From a virus, in IMG/VR virus record IMGVR_UViG_3300035698_016797, positions 96,001-160,000 of that record: a DNA stretch of 64,000 nucleotides. One strand, given 5' to 3'. Under the pieces are notes generated by a model that had not been told where the DNA came from, did no database searches, and saw only the letters and a program-made list of their open reading frames with translations. How positions within the stretch are numbered: position 1 is the first letter of the stretch; every line of letters begins with the position of its first letter. Shown piece after piece: positions 41,844 to 50,302 of the stretch. Made by a program: the position numbers and the translations under genes.

Positions 41844-42554
41844 TTATACCGCAGTGACATCGGGAGAAGCTTCTTCTGCAACAGGATCTTCCTCTATGAC
41901 GACAGGAGCTTCTGTTACCAAAGCTTCCGTTTCCTCGTCTGTGATAATCTGTTCTGTTGCATCGGATGCAGTTTGGTTCTCTGGTAGCTGTTCAATGAAG
42001 TTGGCGTCAAGGCCGCTTTCAAATGTCATGTACTCATAAGTAGCCCTAAAGAGAAGGTTGTTATCCTGCTCTTTTCTGTACGTCTCGAATGTAAGCCAAA
42101 CTGGCGCTCCACTCTTCTCATACTCGGTTACCCTAGATACCACAAAATCTCTCTGTGCCTGCTCTGCCTTCGCTTCTGCGGAGTGAGCAAACAGTTCACT
42201 ACGAGCCTGTCTCTGTCCAAAGAGTTCTTGTCTCGCAGCTCCAAGAGTTTCTGCAACGCTTACTTTTTCCGATCCCTCAGTTTCACTCAAAGCCTCTTCC
42301 AACCCTACAACTTTGACCCTCTGGTCTTCAATGGCTTGGTCTTTTGTTTCGTCCCAAATACCATTCTTCATCAACTCTGCCAAAAGTCTGGCTTCTGGAA
42401 GAATTCCGTTAATGATTGCGTTGTTGAACGACTTTGAGAATTCAAACTCACCATCTTGTAATTCCTCGTTGGTTGGGAATCGTGTAGTTAAATTAGTCTC
42501 TTCTCCAGAGACTAGTTCAACGGTAAATTTTCTTCTATTGGTTAGTTCTGCCAT
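41844..42554 (-). CDS. Tail assembly chaperone 1 (G-like)
   Basis: 236 aa, helical with an acidic tail; lies between the tail tube and the TMP; AAGGAG SD. Confidence 0.65.
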   Translation of the reverse strand: MAELTNRRKFTVELVSGEETNLTTRFPTNEELQDGEFEFSKSFNNAIINGILPEARLLAELMKNGIWDETKDQAIEDQRVKVVGLEEALSETEGSEKVSVAETLGAARQELFGQRQARSELFAHSAEAKAEQAQRDFVVSRVTEYEKSGAPVWLTFETYRKEQDNNLLFRATYEYMTFESGLDANFIEQLPENQTASDATEQIITDEETEALVTEAPVVIEEDPVAEEASPDVTAV

Positions 42555-42556
42555 TA

Positions 42557-42880
42557 TTATTCTCCTTGTCCAGTAGGCATAACGTATGGTGTTGCCACCA
42601 ACGTGCGCTCTACTACGGTATCCATAATCCTTGTGACGTTAAACTCCGAAATTAGTTCTGGCAATTGACGAATTTTGTTATTGCCTGATCTCAACACCTT
42701 TGCTCTTAGACCTTGAAATTCCTTTTCGTTGTCACTTCCGTCACCCTTCAGGTGTGCAAAGCGAGAAGAAAGAGTGTCAAGAACTTCTGCAAAATGGGAG
42801 TTAAAAAGACGAATGATGATGTCGCAAAAAACGACACCATCATCCGTAGGTTTTGCCGGTACTACTATTGAATTCTCCAT
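42557..42880 (-). CDS. Hypothetical protein (tail module)
   Basis: 107-aa ORF with AAAGGA SD, co-directional with and tightly packed against its neighbours. Confidence 0.6.
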   Translation of the reverse strand: MENSIVVPAKPTDDGVVFCDIIIRLFNSHFAEVLDTLSSRFAHLKGDGSDNEKEFQGLRAKVLRSGNNKIRQLPELISEFNVTRIMDTVVERTLVATPYVMPTGQGE

Positions 42881-42935
42881 ATCCTTTATCCTTTATGTTT
42901 CCGTTCGAACCTTTACCAGTAGCTTATAGAGTCTC

Positions 42936-43850
42936 TTACGACTCTAATGGAATGGCTATGTCTGCTGCAAGATAGTTAAACGTGTAAGTCAAGAATCCGC
43001 CAACATTGACAGTCTCTGACTCGTCTACTTTAACTAGCCCAGTTGCAAGCACATAATTTGAAGTTGAAGTTGCGAAATCTCCTCCACCCGCAGATGGGGA
43101 AGTGTAATTGGTTCTATCTGCATGATTAGACAATCCTGCACCTATGACGCCCAATGAAGTCAACGAACCAGCACTTGCTGCACCCTCTTCTGTGTCGAGA
43201 ACTTCGACATCAACAGTAAGGTCCAGCGGATAAGTTGTAACAAACTTAATCGGCTGAGCAACACGCACATCTAATACGTTGTCTTTATTAATGGTACATC
43301 CAAAGGTTAGAGACTGACATCCAGAAGGTACAACACCACCAGCGGTGGCTACCCAAGAACCAGTTCCATTTTCTACCAACTCAATTCCAGATCCATCGTC
43401 ACCCATGACAACTGCATAATAAGACTCTTCTCCGTCTACCAAGACTGAAGGAGAAGCCATTGTTGTCAAAGAGCTGCCTGCCCCAGCTGTAATATAGCCG
43501 TACGAAACTGTCGCAGGTGCGCCAGCAGTAAAGGTCATATTACATGAGGTTAGGACGTACACTTCACTACCTAGGACGATATTCTGATCGGCATAGGTAT
43601 AGATAGAGGAGTCACCTACTACCGCAGAGCTTGACTGTTCCGTAAGGATACAATCAAGCGTAACGTCAGTAGTTTGGACTCCCGTTGTGTAGTCAACAAC
43701 TCCTCTCAAGCCAATTGCCTGTTGAGGGTCACGAGGGTAGTGTTTTGCAACTGTTACGGTCTGCAAAGCGTTTCCACCCCACAGTACGCCAGAAGCGGCC
43801 ATTACACCAGCAGCTGTATTGATGTTGTAATGTGAATAAATATCTGCCAT
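42936..43850 (-). CDS. Major tail (tube) protein
   Basis: 304 aa, beta-rich and rich in S/T/G/A/V; between the tail terminator and the chaperones; GAGGT SD; preceded by the largest intergenic gap. Confidence 0.7.
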   Translation of the reverse strand: MADIYSHYNINTAAGVMAASGVLWGGNALQTVTVAKHYPRDPQQAIGLRGVVDYTTGVQTTDVTLDCILTEQSSSAVVGDSSIYTYADQNIVLGSEVYVLTSCNMTFTAGAPATVSYGYITAGAGSSLTTMASPSVLVDGEESYYAVVMGDDGSGIELVENGTGSWVATAGGVVPSGCQSLTFGCTINKDNVLDVRVAQPIKFVTTYPLDLTVDVEVLDTEEGAASAGSLTSLGVIGAGLSNHADRTNYTSPSAGGGDFATSTSNYVLATGLVKVDESETVNVGGFLTYTFNYLAADIAIPLES

Positions 43851-43926
43851 AATTACTACCTCTTTTTTTTGTTTTCTTTTGCTTACGACTGAGAACTTGT
43901 ATCATGCGGCTGGAACATTTAAAGTT

Positions 43927-43972
43927 CTCAACTCACTATATAATATCCTAACTTACATTTCCTAATCACAAA
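43927..43972 (-). promoter_or_regulatory. Putative late promoter upstream of the tail tube gene
   Basis: TTTGTG-N15-TTAG-NN-TA-N-TAT-N8-TTGAG; matches 51238..51283 at 23 of 46 positions without gaps. Confidence 0.4.
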
Positions 43973-44707
43973 TTATGAGATAAAAGTTAGAATTCCCGTA
44001 ATTGAAGACCTATATTTCTCTTTTGGAGATATTTCACCAAGGTTAAGAAATTTAGCCCTTGTCTTTGTTGGGAGCTTTAGCGTTGCCTCTGTCTGATCAG
44101 CCAGATTAAAATCGGTATTCATGGTGCCGTCGTAATTGAGTGGCATCGCTAAACCAAAATCAACATATAGCATGGCATATCTCATTCCCTTCTGAATATA
44201 GTCAGTAAGGTCATATCTCATACCATCATTTGGGGCAAACACATCTATAAAAAAGCCAACACTCCAAAAGGATGATGAAACGCCAATTGCGTATGGACTG
44301 TCTTCTTGTGAATCCAAGTCTATCACCACCAACGGTAAGTCGGCATTCTCGAAATCTTCTCCTTCTGGAAACGCATCAAGAACGGTAACGGGCCAAAAAT
44401 TATAGTCAGCAGTAACCGCCCCAGAAGGAGTTGTATCAAGGGTTACAATGTTTGTGACATAATTGACAGTAAAAACAGAATTACTCAGGGCCACACCGTC
44501 ATCATAAATTGTAACTCCAGACGGGGCAAGATACCCAGAGGCATCGGCATATGCAATATTGTTATTTGCAAAAGTGTACACCGTACCAGAAGACTCTGTC
44601 AAAATCTCTCCTGCAACAGCCTCAATATATCCAAAATATGGCAAAATGTGAGTTTTGATTTCATGGAACATTGACAATTTTACGTTACGCATTTTTAGGA
44701 AAGACAT
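43973..44707 (-). CDS. Tail terminator / tail completion protein with an inserted beta module
   Basis: 244 aa. LPLVVID...WSVGFFIDVFA...RYDLTDYI resembles tail terminators; the insertion carries three [AP]SG motifs. Confidence 0.6.
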   Translation of the reverse strand: MSFLKMRNVKLSMFHEIKTHILPYFGYIEAVAGEILTESSGTVYTFANNNIAYADASGYLAPSGVTIYDDGVALSNSVFTVNYVTNIVTLDTTPSGAVTADYNFWPVTVLDAFPEGEDFENADLPLVVIDLDSQEDSPYAIGVSSSFWSVGFFIDVFAPNDGMRYDLTDYIQKGMRYAMLYVDFGLAMPLNYDGTMNTDFNLADQTEATLKLPTKTRAKFLNLGEISPKEKYRSSITGILTFIS

Positions 44708-44716
44708 ATTACACTC

Positions 44717-45409
44717 CTATCTTAGCGAAGATGCTACTTCGTCCATTACAGACTTGATATTCATCCTTGACTGTATGAAATATCCCATGCTGTTCTGTAA
44801 GCTTCCCAGAATCCTCAGCGGAGGGGCACCTGCCGAATCGTTTGTGTTCGGTTTCAGCTTCATTCTTTTTGCAAGTTCAGTGTTCATGGAAATGAGCATA
44901 CCCTCTCCATGCCTTCCACTGTGATCTTCATCTTCTCCAAAAATAGCATCCAATGTTTCCTTTTTTACAAACGCATAGTCTGAATGCTGTCCTATTCTTT
45001 TGCTTGGAGATCCAATCTCGTGATATCTCCACCACCCTCCACCTACAGACTGTGCCCTATTGCTCAATGGCGTCACATTGTCCATAAATGCAATGTCAAA
45101 AATTTTAATACCAACACCGGTAGGGCTTTCTACGATCTGACTTCTACTCATGGCTTCAGAATAAGCATCTTCTAAATGCATTTGTTTTGCGGCAACTCCC
45201 CAGCCGCTATCAACTAGCTTTCTGCGACGAAGTTTTGTTCCGAACGATGTTCTAATGTCTTGATTGGCATTTTTAATTGCCCTGTTGGTTAAATCTTTAG
45301 CAGCTCTTGTGATAACTCTTTTTGCAATCACCCCTATGTTTGCCAATTTCCTCGGGCTGATATTAGAGTATACTCTACCACCTCTTGTTAGGTCAAACGT
45401 TATATGCAT
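44717..45409 (-). CDS. Neck / tail completion protein (position like HK97 gp10)
   Basis: Basic 230-aa ORF with WRYHEIGS (compare the YxExGT motif of the gp10-like family); start placed at the ATG at 45409. Confidence 0.5.
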   Translation of the reverse strand: MHITFDLTRGGRVYSNISPRKLANIGVIAKRVITRAAKDLTNRAIKNANQDIRTSFGTKLRRRKLVDSGWGVAAKQMHLEDAYSEAMSRSQIVESPTGVGIKIFDIAFMDNVTPLSNRAQSVGGGWWRYHEIGSPSKRIGQHSDYAFVKKETLDAIFGEDEDHSGRHGEGMLISMNTELAKRMKLKPNTNDSAGAPPLRILGSLQNSMGYFIQSRMNIKSVMDEVASSLR

Positions 45410-45410
45410 A

Positions 45411-45902
45411 CTAATCGTCCCTCTTGCAAATGGCAACACAAACAACGTTGTCCTTCAAACCTCTCTTGATAACATTTACCAGCATTGTTCTCACCCCTTG
45501 GATTTCTATCCATTCGGCATTTTTCAAATCATCATAGTATCTGATATATGTTTTCATTTTGAAGAATCCACCCTCTACAGATCCTCCTGGAGATGACACG
45601 AAAGTATCATTCTCATTCATGCTTCCCCAGTTGACGGTACAGTCTATTGCTTTTGTTGAGGATGTTGACAACTCTCCATCTCCATTACAGACGGGACAAA
45701 TGCCTCCGGTGAACGGAGTTGGACCAGTATCGTTATACTTTCCAGAGCTACACTTGTGAACGATGTCGTATACACAATTTGTACATTGGACCTGGGAAGA
45801 TTTGTTGTGCAAGACAACATCTCCACTTTCGCTCAAGTCTGCAATGAGCTGTTCCGTATATCTCTTATATAGAGCAAGATGTTTTGCTTTAACTAGTGCC
45901 AT
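45411..45902 (-). CDS. Head closure (stopper)-like protein with a zinc finger
   Basis: 163 aa. CTNC...CPVCNGDG. C-terminal LKNAEWIEIQGVR...IKRGL beta-barrel pattern; overlaps the stop of the adaptor gene (TAATG). Confidence 0.55.
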   Translation of the reverse strand: MALVKAKHLALYKRYTEQLIADLSESGDVVLHNKSSQVQCTNCVYDIVHKCSSGKYNDTGPTPFTGGICPVCNGDGELSTSSTKAIDCTVNWGSMNENDTFVSSPGGSVEGGFFKMKTYIRYYDDLKNAEWIEIQGVRTMLVNVIKRGLKDNVVCVAICKRDD

Positions 45903-46546
45903 TATACTTGTATTACTCCATGAAATCTATTGATTCTAACAATCTTCAGAAGGTCTTCATATCTCTGAGCGATCGGTCCATAGCCACGAGTTTTTTCTCG
46001 ACTGGAAGCCGCCGTATCAATTGTAGTATCTCCATCCTTAATGAAAATTGCATCTCCTCCAGCTTCTACTACTTCTGCTCCTAAAATTTGGATAGCAGTA
46101 CCATATACAAACAACGCTCTCAAATCTTTGTCCACGGTTTCATATGTGATTGTAGGATTGGCTGCATCAAGGTCTCCGTCTGCATTATATCCAAAAAGAA
46201 AGTCTGTATTAAAGATTGGACCAATAACATTGTCTACGGAATCTCCAATATTGTCTGAGACATTATCATCCGTATAGGATACGTATGAGTACTCTACAAC
46301 AATTGCTGAGCCTGCCGGGACTAACGTATCCATCTTGATAATGCTTCCAGTGACAGTGTAGGAGTCATCAGACTGTGCCACGTTATCAATTAACACTCCA
46401 CTTGCAACGGGGGTTGCATAACCGTCCTGAGTCAGCTGAATATAATAGCTCGCACTATCCGTGGATGCTATAGTATCAATTGTGGACGATGAAGTGTCAC
46501 TGATAAGACGTCTTACGTCCGGTATTAGTGTGGAATAGTCAAACAT
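45902..46546 (-). CDS. Head-tail adaptor-like protein
   Basis: 214 aa. LIPDVRRLISD N-terminus; IKDGDTTIDT...YEDLL C-terminus; first gene of the neck cluster. Confidence 0.55.
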   Translation of the reverse strand: MFDYSTLIPDVRRLISDTSSSTIDTIASTDSASYYIQLTQDGYATPVASGVLIDNVAQSDDSYTVTGSIIKMDTLVPAGSAIVVEYSYVSYTDDNVSDNIGDSVDNVIGPIFNTDFLFGYNADGDLDAANPTITYETVDKDLRALFVYGTAIQILGAEVVEAGGDAIFIKDGDTTIDTAASSREKTRGYGPIAQRYEDLLKIVRINRFHGVIQV

Positions 46547-46560
46547 GTTTTATCTCCATC

Positions 46561-47040
46561 TTACAGATTGTTAACGTTTAGACCTGTGGTTGACCCAAGA
46601 ATATCGGGATTGTTATCAGTGTTGACGGTCAAATGAGCTTCTATAGTTTTTGTCATAATGCCGAGTCTTTCATCTGTTCTGTGTTGATTCATTTGAGTGA
46701 GACCGAGGCTACACATGGCTACAAGAACGGTGCAAACCGCAGACGCTATTGCAATTTTAACTTTCGTTCCTAATCTTTTACGTTCTTTTACATCTTCTTC
46801 AACCGTAGCTACAAATTTGTTAATTGCTTCTGTGCGTTGTACACAGGTTGTTTCCATGGTCGCCAATCTCACAGATACTGACTTCTCCCCATTTCCTTCT
46901 ATTAAAATTTTACGTAGATGACAAACATCGTCTTTAACGTCTCCAATGGATGTTGTCAGGCCATTGACTGCTTGTGTCAACGAAGCTGTAGCTTTTATCA
47001 TTTCCAAAAACTGTGCTTCTTCTGCTTGATTTAGGGCCAT
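46561..47040 (-). CDS. Coiled-coil protein with a single TM helix (holin-like or other membrane protein)
   Basis: ATG at 47040 with AAGGAG SD; coiled coil followed by the hydrophobic VKIAIASAVCTVLVAMCSLGL. Confidence 0.5.
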   Translation of the reverse strand: MALNQAEEAQFLEMIKATASLTQAVNGLTTSIGDVKDDVCHLRKILIEGNGEKSVSVRLATMETTCVQRTEAINKFVATVEEDVKERKRLGTKVKIAIASAVCTVLVAMCSLGLTQMNQHRTDERLGIMTKTIEAHLTVNTDNNPDILGSTTGLNVNNL

Positions 47041-47061
47041 TTTTTTTTGACTCCTTTTTTT

Positions 47062-47096
47062 AAGAAAGAAGGGAACCGACATAAATGCCGATTCCC
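47062..47096 (-). terminator. Rho-independent terminator ending the capsid gene block
   Basis: GGGAATCGGCA-TTTA-TGTCGGTTCCC (11 bp including 2 G-U pairs) followed by TTCTTTCTT. Confidence 0.75.
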
Positions 47097-47119
47097 TATC
47101 GTAAAAACCCAGAGAGTTA

Positions 47120-47758
47120 CTAAGAAATAGCTGTATTGATATTTCTCACTTGCAACTCTCGGATGGCCATAACCCTTTTGGGTGCTGTCATCCTATCGAA
47201 CCTCATCTGAGTAAACTTTTGCAGTTCATCTGCATCTGTCTTTTTTAGAGCTTGTTCGAATCCACCAATAGGAAATCTCATAAGACGAGATGCGTCCATA
47301 ACGCCCTCGTGTGATTTTTTAGTGTCGTTATTTAACGAGTGGGCAACGCTTATTGCAGCCTCTCTGGCGGCAGCAAGCTTCTTTCCCATTTCTACGTTCT
47401 CAGGTGTCATCCTGTCTTCGACAGTGATCTGTACGTCTTTAATCAACTCAAAGCCGTTTTCTTCTGAACACTCTGTTTTACTAGATTTCCAATGTCGATC
47501 AAGATTGCCTCTTCGTTTGTATTCAGTCTTGCAACCTAGACAAACAAACTTGTTAGGTGCACTCTTTGTTTTTTCAGCAAATCTATTGCTAAGCATTTCG
47601 GAGTGAGCTACAGTTTTTTTGAAGCCTTCTTGCAACTGGGTTAAAGTGTCAGAAGAAGCGACGGCATCCTTTGACAGGATACCGCCACTTCCTGCTGACG
47701 GGTTCTCATCTTCTTTCGTCATACGGTCTAGTAGTTCTTTAACGCTACCGCTTTCCAT
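47120..47758 (-). CDS. Hypothetical protein with a classical-type zinc finger
   Basis: 212 aa with AAGGAG SD; FVCLGCKTEYKRRGNLDRHWKSSKTEC. Confidence 0.65.
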   Translation of the reverse strand: MESGSVKELLDRMTKEDENPSAGSGGILSKDAVASSDTLTQLQEGFKKTVAHSEMLSNRFAEKTKSAPNKFVCLGCKTEYKRRGNLDRHWKSSKTECSEENGFELIKDVQITVEDRMTPENVEMGKKLAAAREAAISVAHSLNNDTKKSHEGVMDASRLMRFPIGGFEQALKKTDADELQKFTQMRFDRMTAPKRVMAIRELQVRNINTAIS

Positions 47759-47813
47759 GATAAAACTCCTTTTCCTTTACTTACCTTTTCCGATTGAGGT
47801 AAGGACGTCAGCC

Positions 47814-48695
47814 TTAGCTGAATGTCACTTTAATCAATCCCTTTTCATCAAGAATACCGAATCCGATCAACTCTCTTGCCATGATACCAATCTTCCATTC
47901 CATTAGGGCAATTGGATTGTCAAAAGTCTGAAGTTCTTTCCTAATCGGCATAACACCGTAGGTGAACCCCTGTCTGCGACCAAAGGCATACCCAGCACTG
48001 TCTGCGACGAGTTCTGAGTTATATACTTTGTGCATGTTGACTTCCCAGATGTTGTTAAGTCCACCGCTACTGAAGGAAGCATCTTTCATCTTCTCAGAAT
48101 ACGCGACGGTCTGAACCCATCCTCTCATGTCTGCAAAACGTGTTGGTGAGATGTACATATCAGTAATCTGTCTACGCAAAACATCACCAGCGGTAACGAT
48201 ATCGTTAAACGCTGTAACGTTAAGCCCAGAAGCAGAAACCTGCTGTCCAGCGGCCACCACGGCTGCATGAGCTTTAATCAGAGACCAGCCTGCCAACTCT
48301 TCCTGCTCAATAACTTTGTTCTTAAGCAGTTCTGTTGCAAGCTCGCCTACTCGGAAACGGCCTTGCTCTGCCACGTCCATTTGATACTGGACAGCGGCGT
48401 CAAGCCCGAATGTGGTTACGTAGATCTCTGTACCTTCAACCTGGATCTGTGGAATACCACCGATCTGCGGCATTGTCCATGCACAGGAGATGTCGTCAAA
48501 CGGAATGTCATAACGAGCCTCTCCTCCTGGTGGAATCTGTTCTGGTACAAAAATTGCACGAATTGTTGACTGTTCATCAATCAACGGCAAAATTACCCTC
48601 GCCCTGGACTTCGCATACTCTGCACGAGCTTTAGGTGAGGATGCCGTAGCCTTGAACAGCTTGACTTTTTGGTTAAATTTCAATTCATTAGCCAT
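47814..48695 (-). CDS. Major capsid protein (HK97 fold)
   Basis: 293 aa, following protease, scaffold and decoration genes. C-terminal GIMARELIGFGILDEKGLIKVTF is typical of HK97-fold capsid proteins; GAGGAG SD. Confidence 0.85.
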   Translation of the reverse strand: MANELKFNQKVKLFKATASSPKARAEYAKSRARVILPLIDEQSTIRAIFVPEQIPPGGEARYDIPFDDISCAWTMPQIGGIPQIQVEGTEIYVTTFGLDAAVQYQMDVAEQGRFRVGELATELLKNKVIEQEELAGWSLIKAHAAVVAAGQQVSASGLNVTAFNDIVTAGDVLRRQITDMYISPTRFADMRGWVQTVAYSEKMKDASFSSGGLNNIWEVNMHKVYNSELVADSAGYAFGRRQGFTYGVMPIRKELQTFDNPIALMEWKIGIMARELIGFGILDEKGLIKVTFS

Positions 48696-48709
48696 TGTTC
48701 ATCTCCTCA

Positions 48710-49207
48710 TTATATGATGCGGAAGTCCACACGTACGCGAATTAGGGTAGCTCCGTCTGTTCCAGCTGTCTCAGCGATTGCAATAGCAGGGTCTGTGCCT
48801 GTCTGTGTAATCGAAAGTTTGCCAGAAGCAGCAGGATAAAGACTTGCACCAATAGTAGCTGCACCGACGTAGTTGTTTGTAAGCAACCAACCTTGTCCGG
48901 TAACAACACCAACGGTATCGTCAATCCTTGCCTTCGTGTTATTGTGGAATTCATAGTTTCTAAGTTCACCGAGCGCACTTGCGTCATAGACTTGTTGCGC
49001 CAGTAACCCGATAACTGTACCCGATGGAGCCGAACCTGCTGTAACAAGTTCTACTTCATCACCGGTTCCAGATACGAATTGTACCGGAGCGCCTTCTGGT
49101 GCCACTGCACCCATTTTGTAAAATGGGGCTACTTGACAACCAAAATGAACGACAAGACCTTTGGCTTTACGCGCTGGTAGTACTAGAGGAATATTTGGTG
49201 ATGCCAT
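48710..49207 (-). CDS. Capsid decoration / cement protein
   Basis: 165 aa between the scaffold and the MCP. VGVVTGQGW...IGASLYPAASGKL...IAIAE matches decoration-protein (beta-tulip-like) patterns. Confidence 0.65.
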   Translation of the reverse strand: MASPNIPLVLPARKAKGLVVHFGCQVAPFYKMGAVAPEGAPVQFVSGTGDEVELVTAGSAPSGTVIGLLAQQVYDASALGELRNYEFHNNTKARIDDTVGVVTGQGWLLTNNYVGAATIGASLYPAASGKLSITQTGTDPAIAIAETAGTDGATLIRVRVDFRII

Positions 49208-49227
49208 AATGCTTTTCTCCTCTTTGC

Positions 49228-50301
49228 TTACATCTGTGAGTAGACAGCGACCTGATCATCGTCCGGTTTCACATCCTGCGTAAGGGCCGCAATGGACCTA
49301 CGGAATGTATCACCTTCACTCAAATCAGCTTGTTCGATGTCGTCTTCTACGGATGATTGCGCTTTGTTTTTAGTTCCATCTTCACCTTCGCCAGTGTCTT
49401 CCTCGGATGCGTTTGCCTTATCGGCAGCGCCCTCTTCGGCGTCCTCTTCCTCGTCGGTTTTGGACTTTCCAGCTTGTGCTTTAATGGTCTCTGCGAATGC
49501 AGTCATTTCTGCCTTATAACTCTCAAAGTCTTCGTCAGACATAGCACTGGCCTTAGCGACCTGTGCGTCTCTTGCTTCGCCTTCCGGCAAAATTAGACTA
49601 GTTTCTGTGAGAGTCTTTGTACGGGCAGCAATAGTCTGCGCTTCGCGCAACTTGTTCAGCTCAGTTTCTAGGCGAGTTGCGGTAGCTGATAGCTCCTCCT
49701 TCTCTTTCTCAAGATCTTGAACCTTCGTATCCTTTTCCGAAGTTGCCGTAGCAGCCTCAGTCTTGGATTCTTCTAGTTCTTGAGAGAGCTTGGCTACACA
49801 CACCCCTTTTTCATTGAGCTGCTCGGCAAGATCACTCTTCTCCTGTTCCAAACCCGCAATTCTGGCTTCCACCTTCTGTTGCGCGTCCTTCTCAGCAAGA
49901 ATAACTTCTACCTCTTGCTTAATGGCTTTTTTGTCAATTACATCTGCCATATCATTTGCTCCTTGTGTTGTGCCATTCTGCTCTGAGGAGGTTTCTGTAC
50001 TATCAGTACCAGCCATACTGTGTCGTTCAGACTCTCCATCTTCAGAGCCATGCTCACCTTGTTGTGACAATGCAGCAACTGCCAAGTTAGGCACGGATTG
50101 CTGCAATTCTTCAGGGAGTGTCTGATCTAAAGGATCAACACTTTCCCCACTCTTCTCGTCACGGTTCTTCCACATACTGTAACATGTAGCTGTAGCTTGC
50201 TTTTTGGCGTCGCCATCGCTAATGCCATCGGTCTTTAAGACCTCAGAAAGACACGCGTCAAGAAATTCTTGTTTTGTTTTATAGTCTTTAGGATTCAGCA
50301 T
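49228..50301 (-). CDS. Capsid scaffolding protein
   Basis: Acidic long coiled coil between the protease and the decoration gene; ATG at 50301 with GGAGG SD; in-frame internal start at 49950. Confidence 0.7.
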   Translation of the reverse strand: MLNPKDYKTKQEFLDACLSEVLKTDGISDGDAKKQATATCYSMWKNRDEKSGESVDPLDQTLPEELQQSVPNLAVAALSQQGEHGSEDGESERHSMAGTDSTETSSEQNGTTQGANDMADVIDKKAIKQEVEVILAEKDAQQKVEARIAGLEQEKSDLAEQLNEKGVCVAKLSQELEESKTEAATATSEKDTKVQDLEKEKEELSATATRLETELNKLREAQTIAARTKTLTETSLILPEGEARDAQVAKASAMSDEDFESYKAEMTAFAETIKAQAGKSKTDEEEDAEEGAADKANASEEDTGEGEDGTKNKAQSSVEDDIEQADLSEGDTFRRSIAALTQDVKPDDDQVAVYSQM

Positions 50302-50302
50302 C

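Noticed and set aside
41847-41991. Lambda-type -1 frameshift joining chaperone 1 to chaperone 2
   Set aside because: The -1 frame is open from 41991, but there is no X XXY YYZ heptamer. The hairpin is about 24 nt past the stop, too far to stimulate slippage, and chaperone 2 is already a full paralog.
24440-43850. Contractile (myovirus) tail
   Set aside because: There is no sheath gene beside the tube gene and no recognisable baseplate J/wedge genes in the window.
40867-47082. Track start codons at 41823, 45445 and 47082 (also 1071, 2722, 19134, 50322, 59341)
   Set aside because: They overlap upstream genes or terminators. Downstream ATGs with better SD or coupling context were chosen instead; 41823 remains possible.
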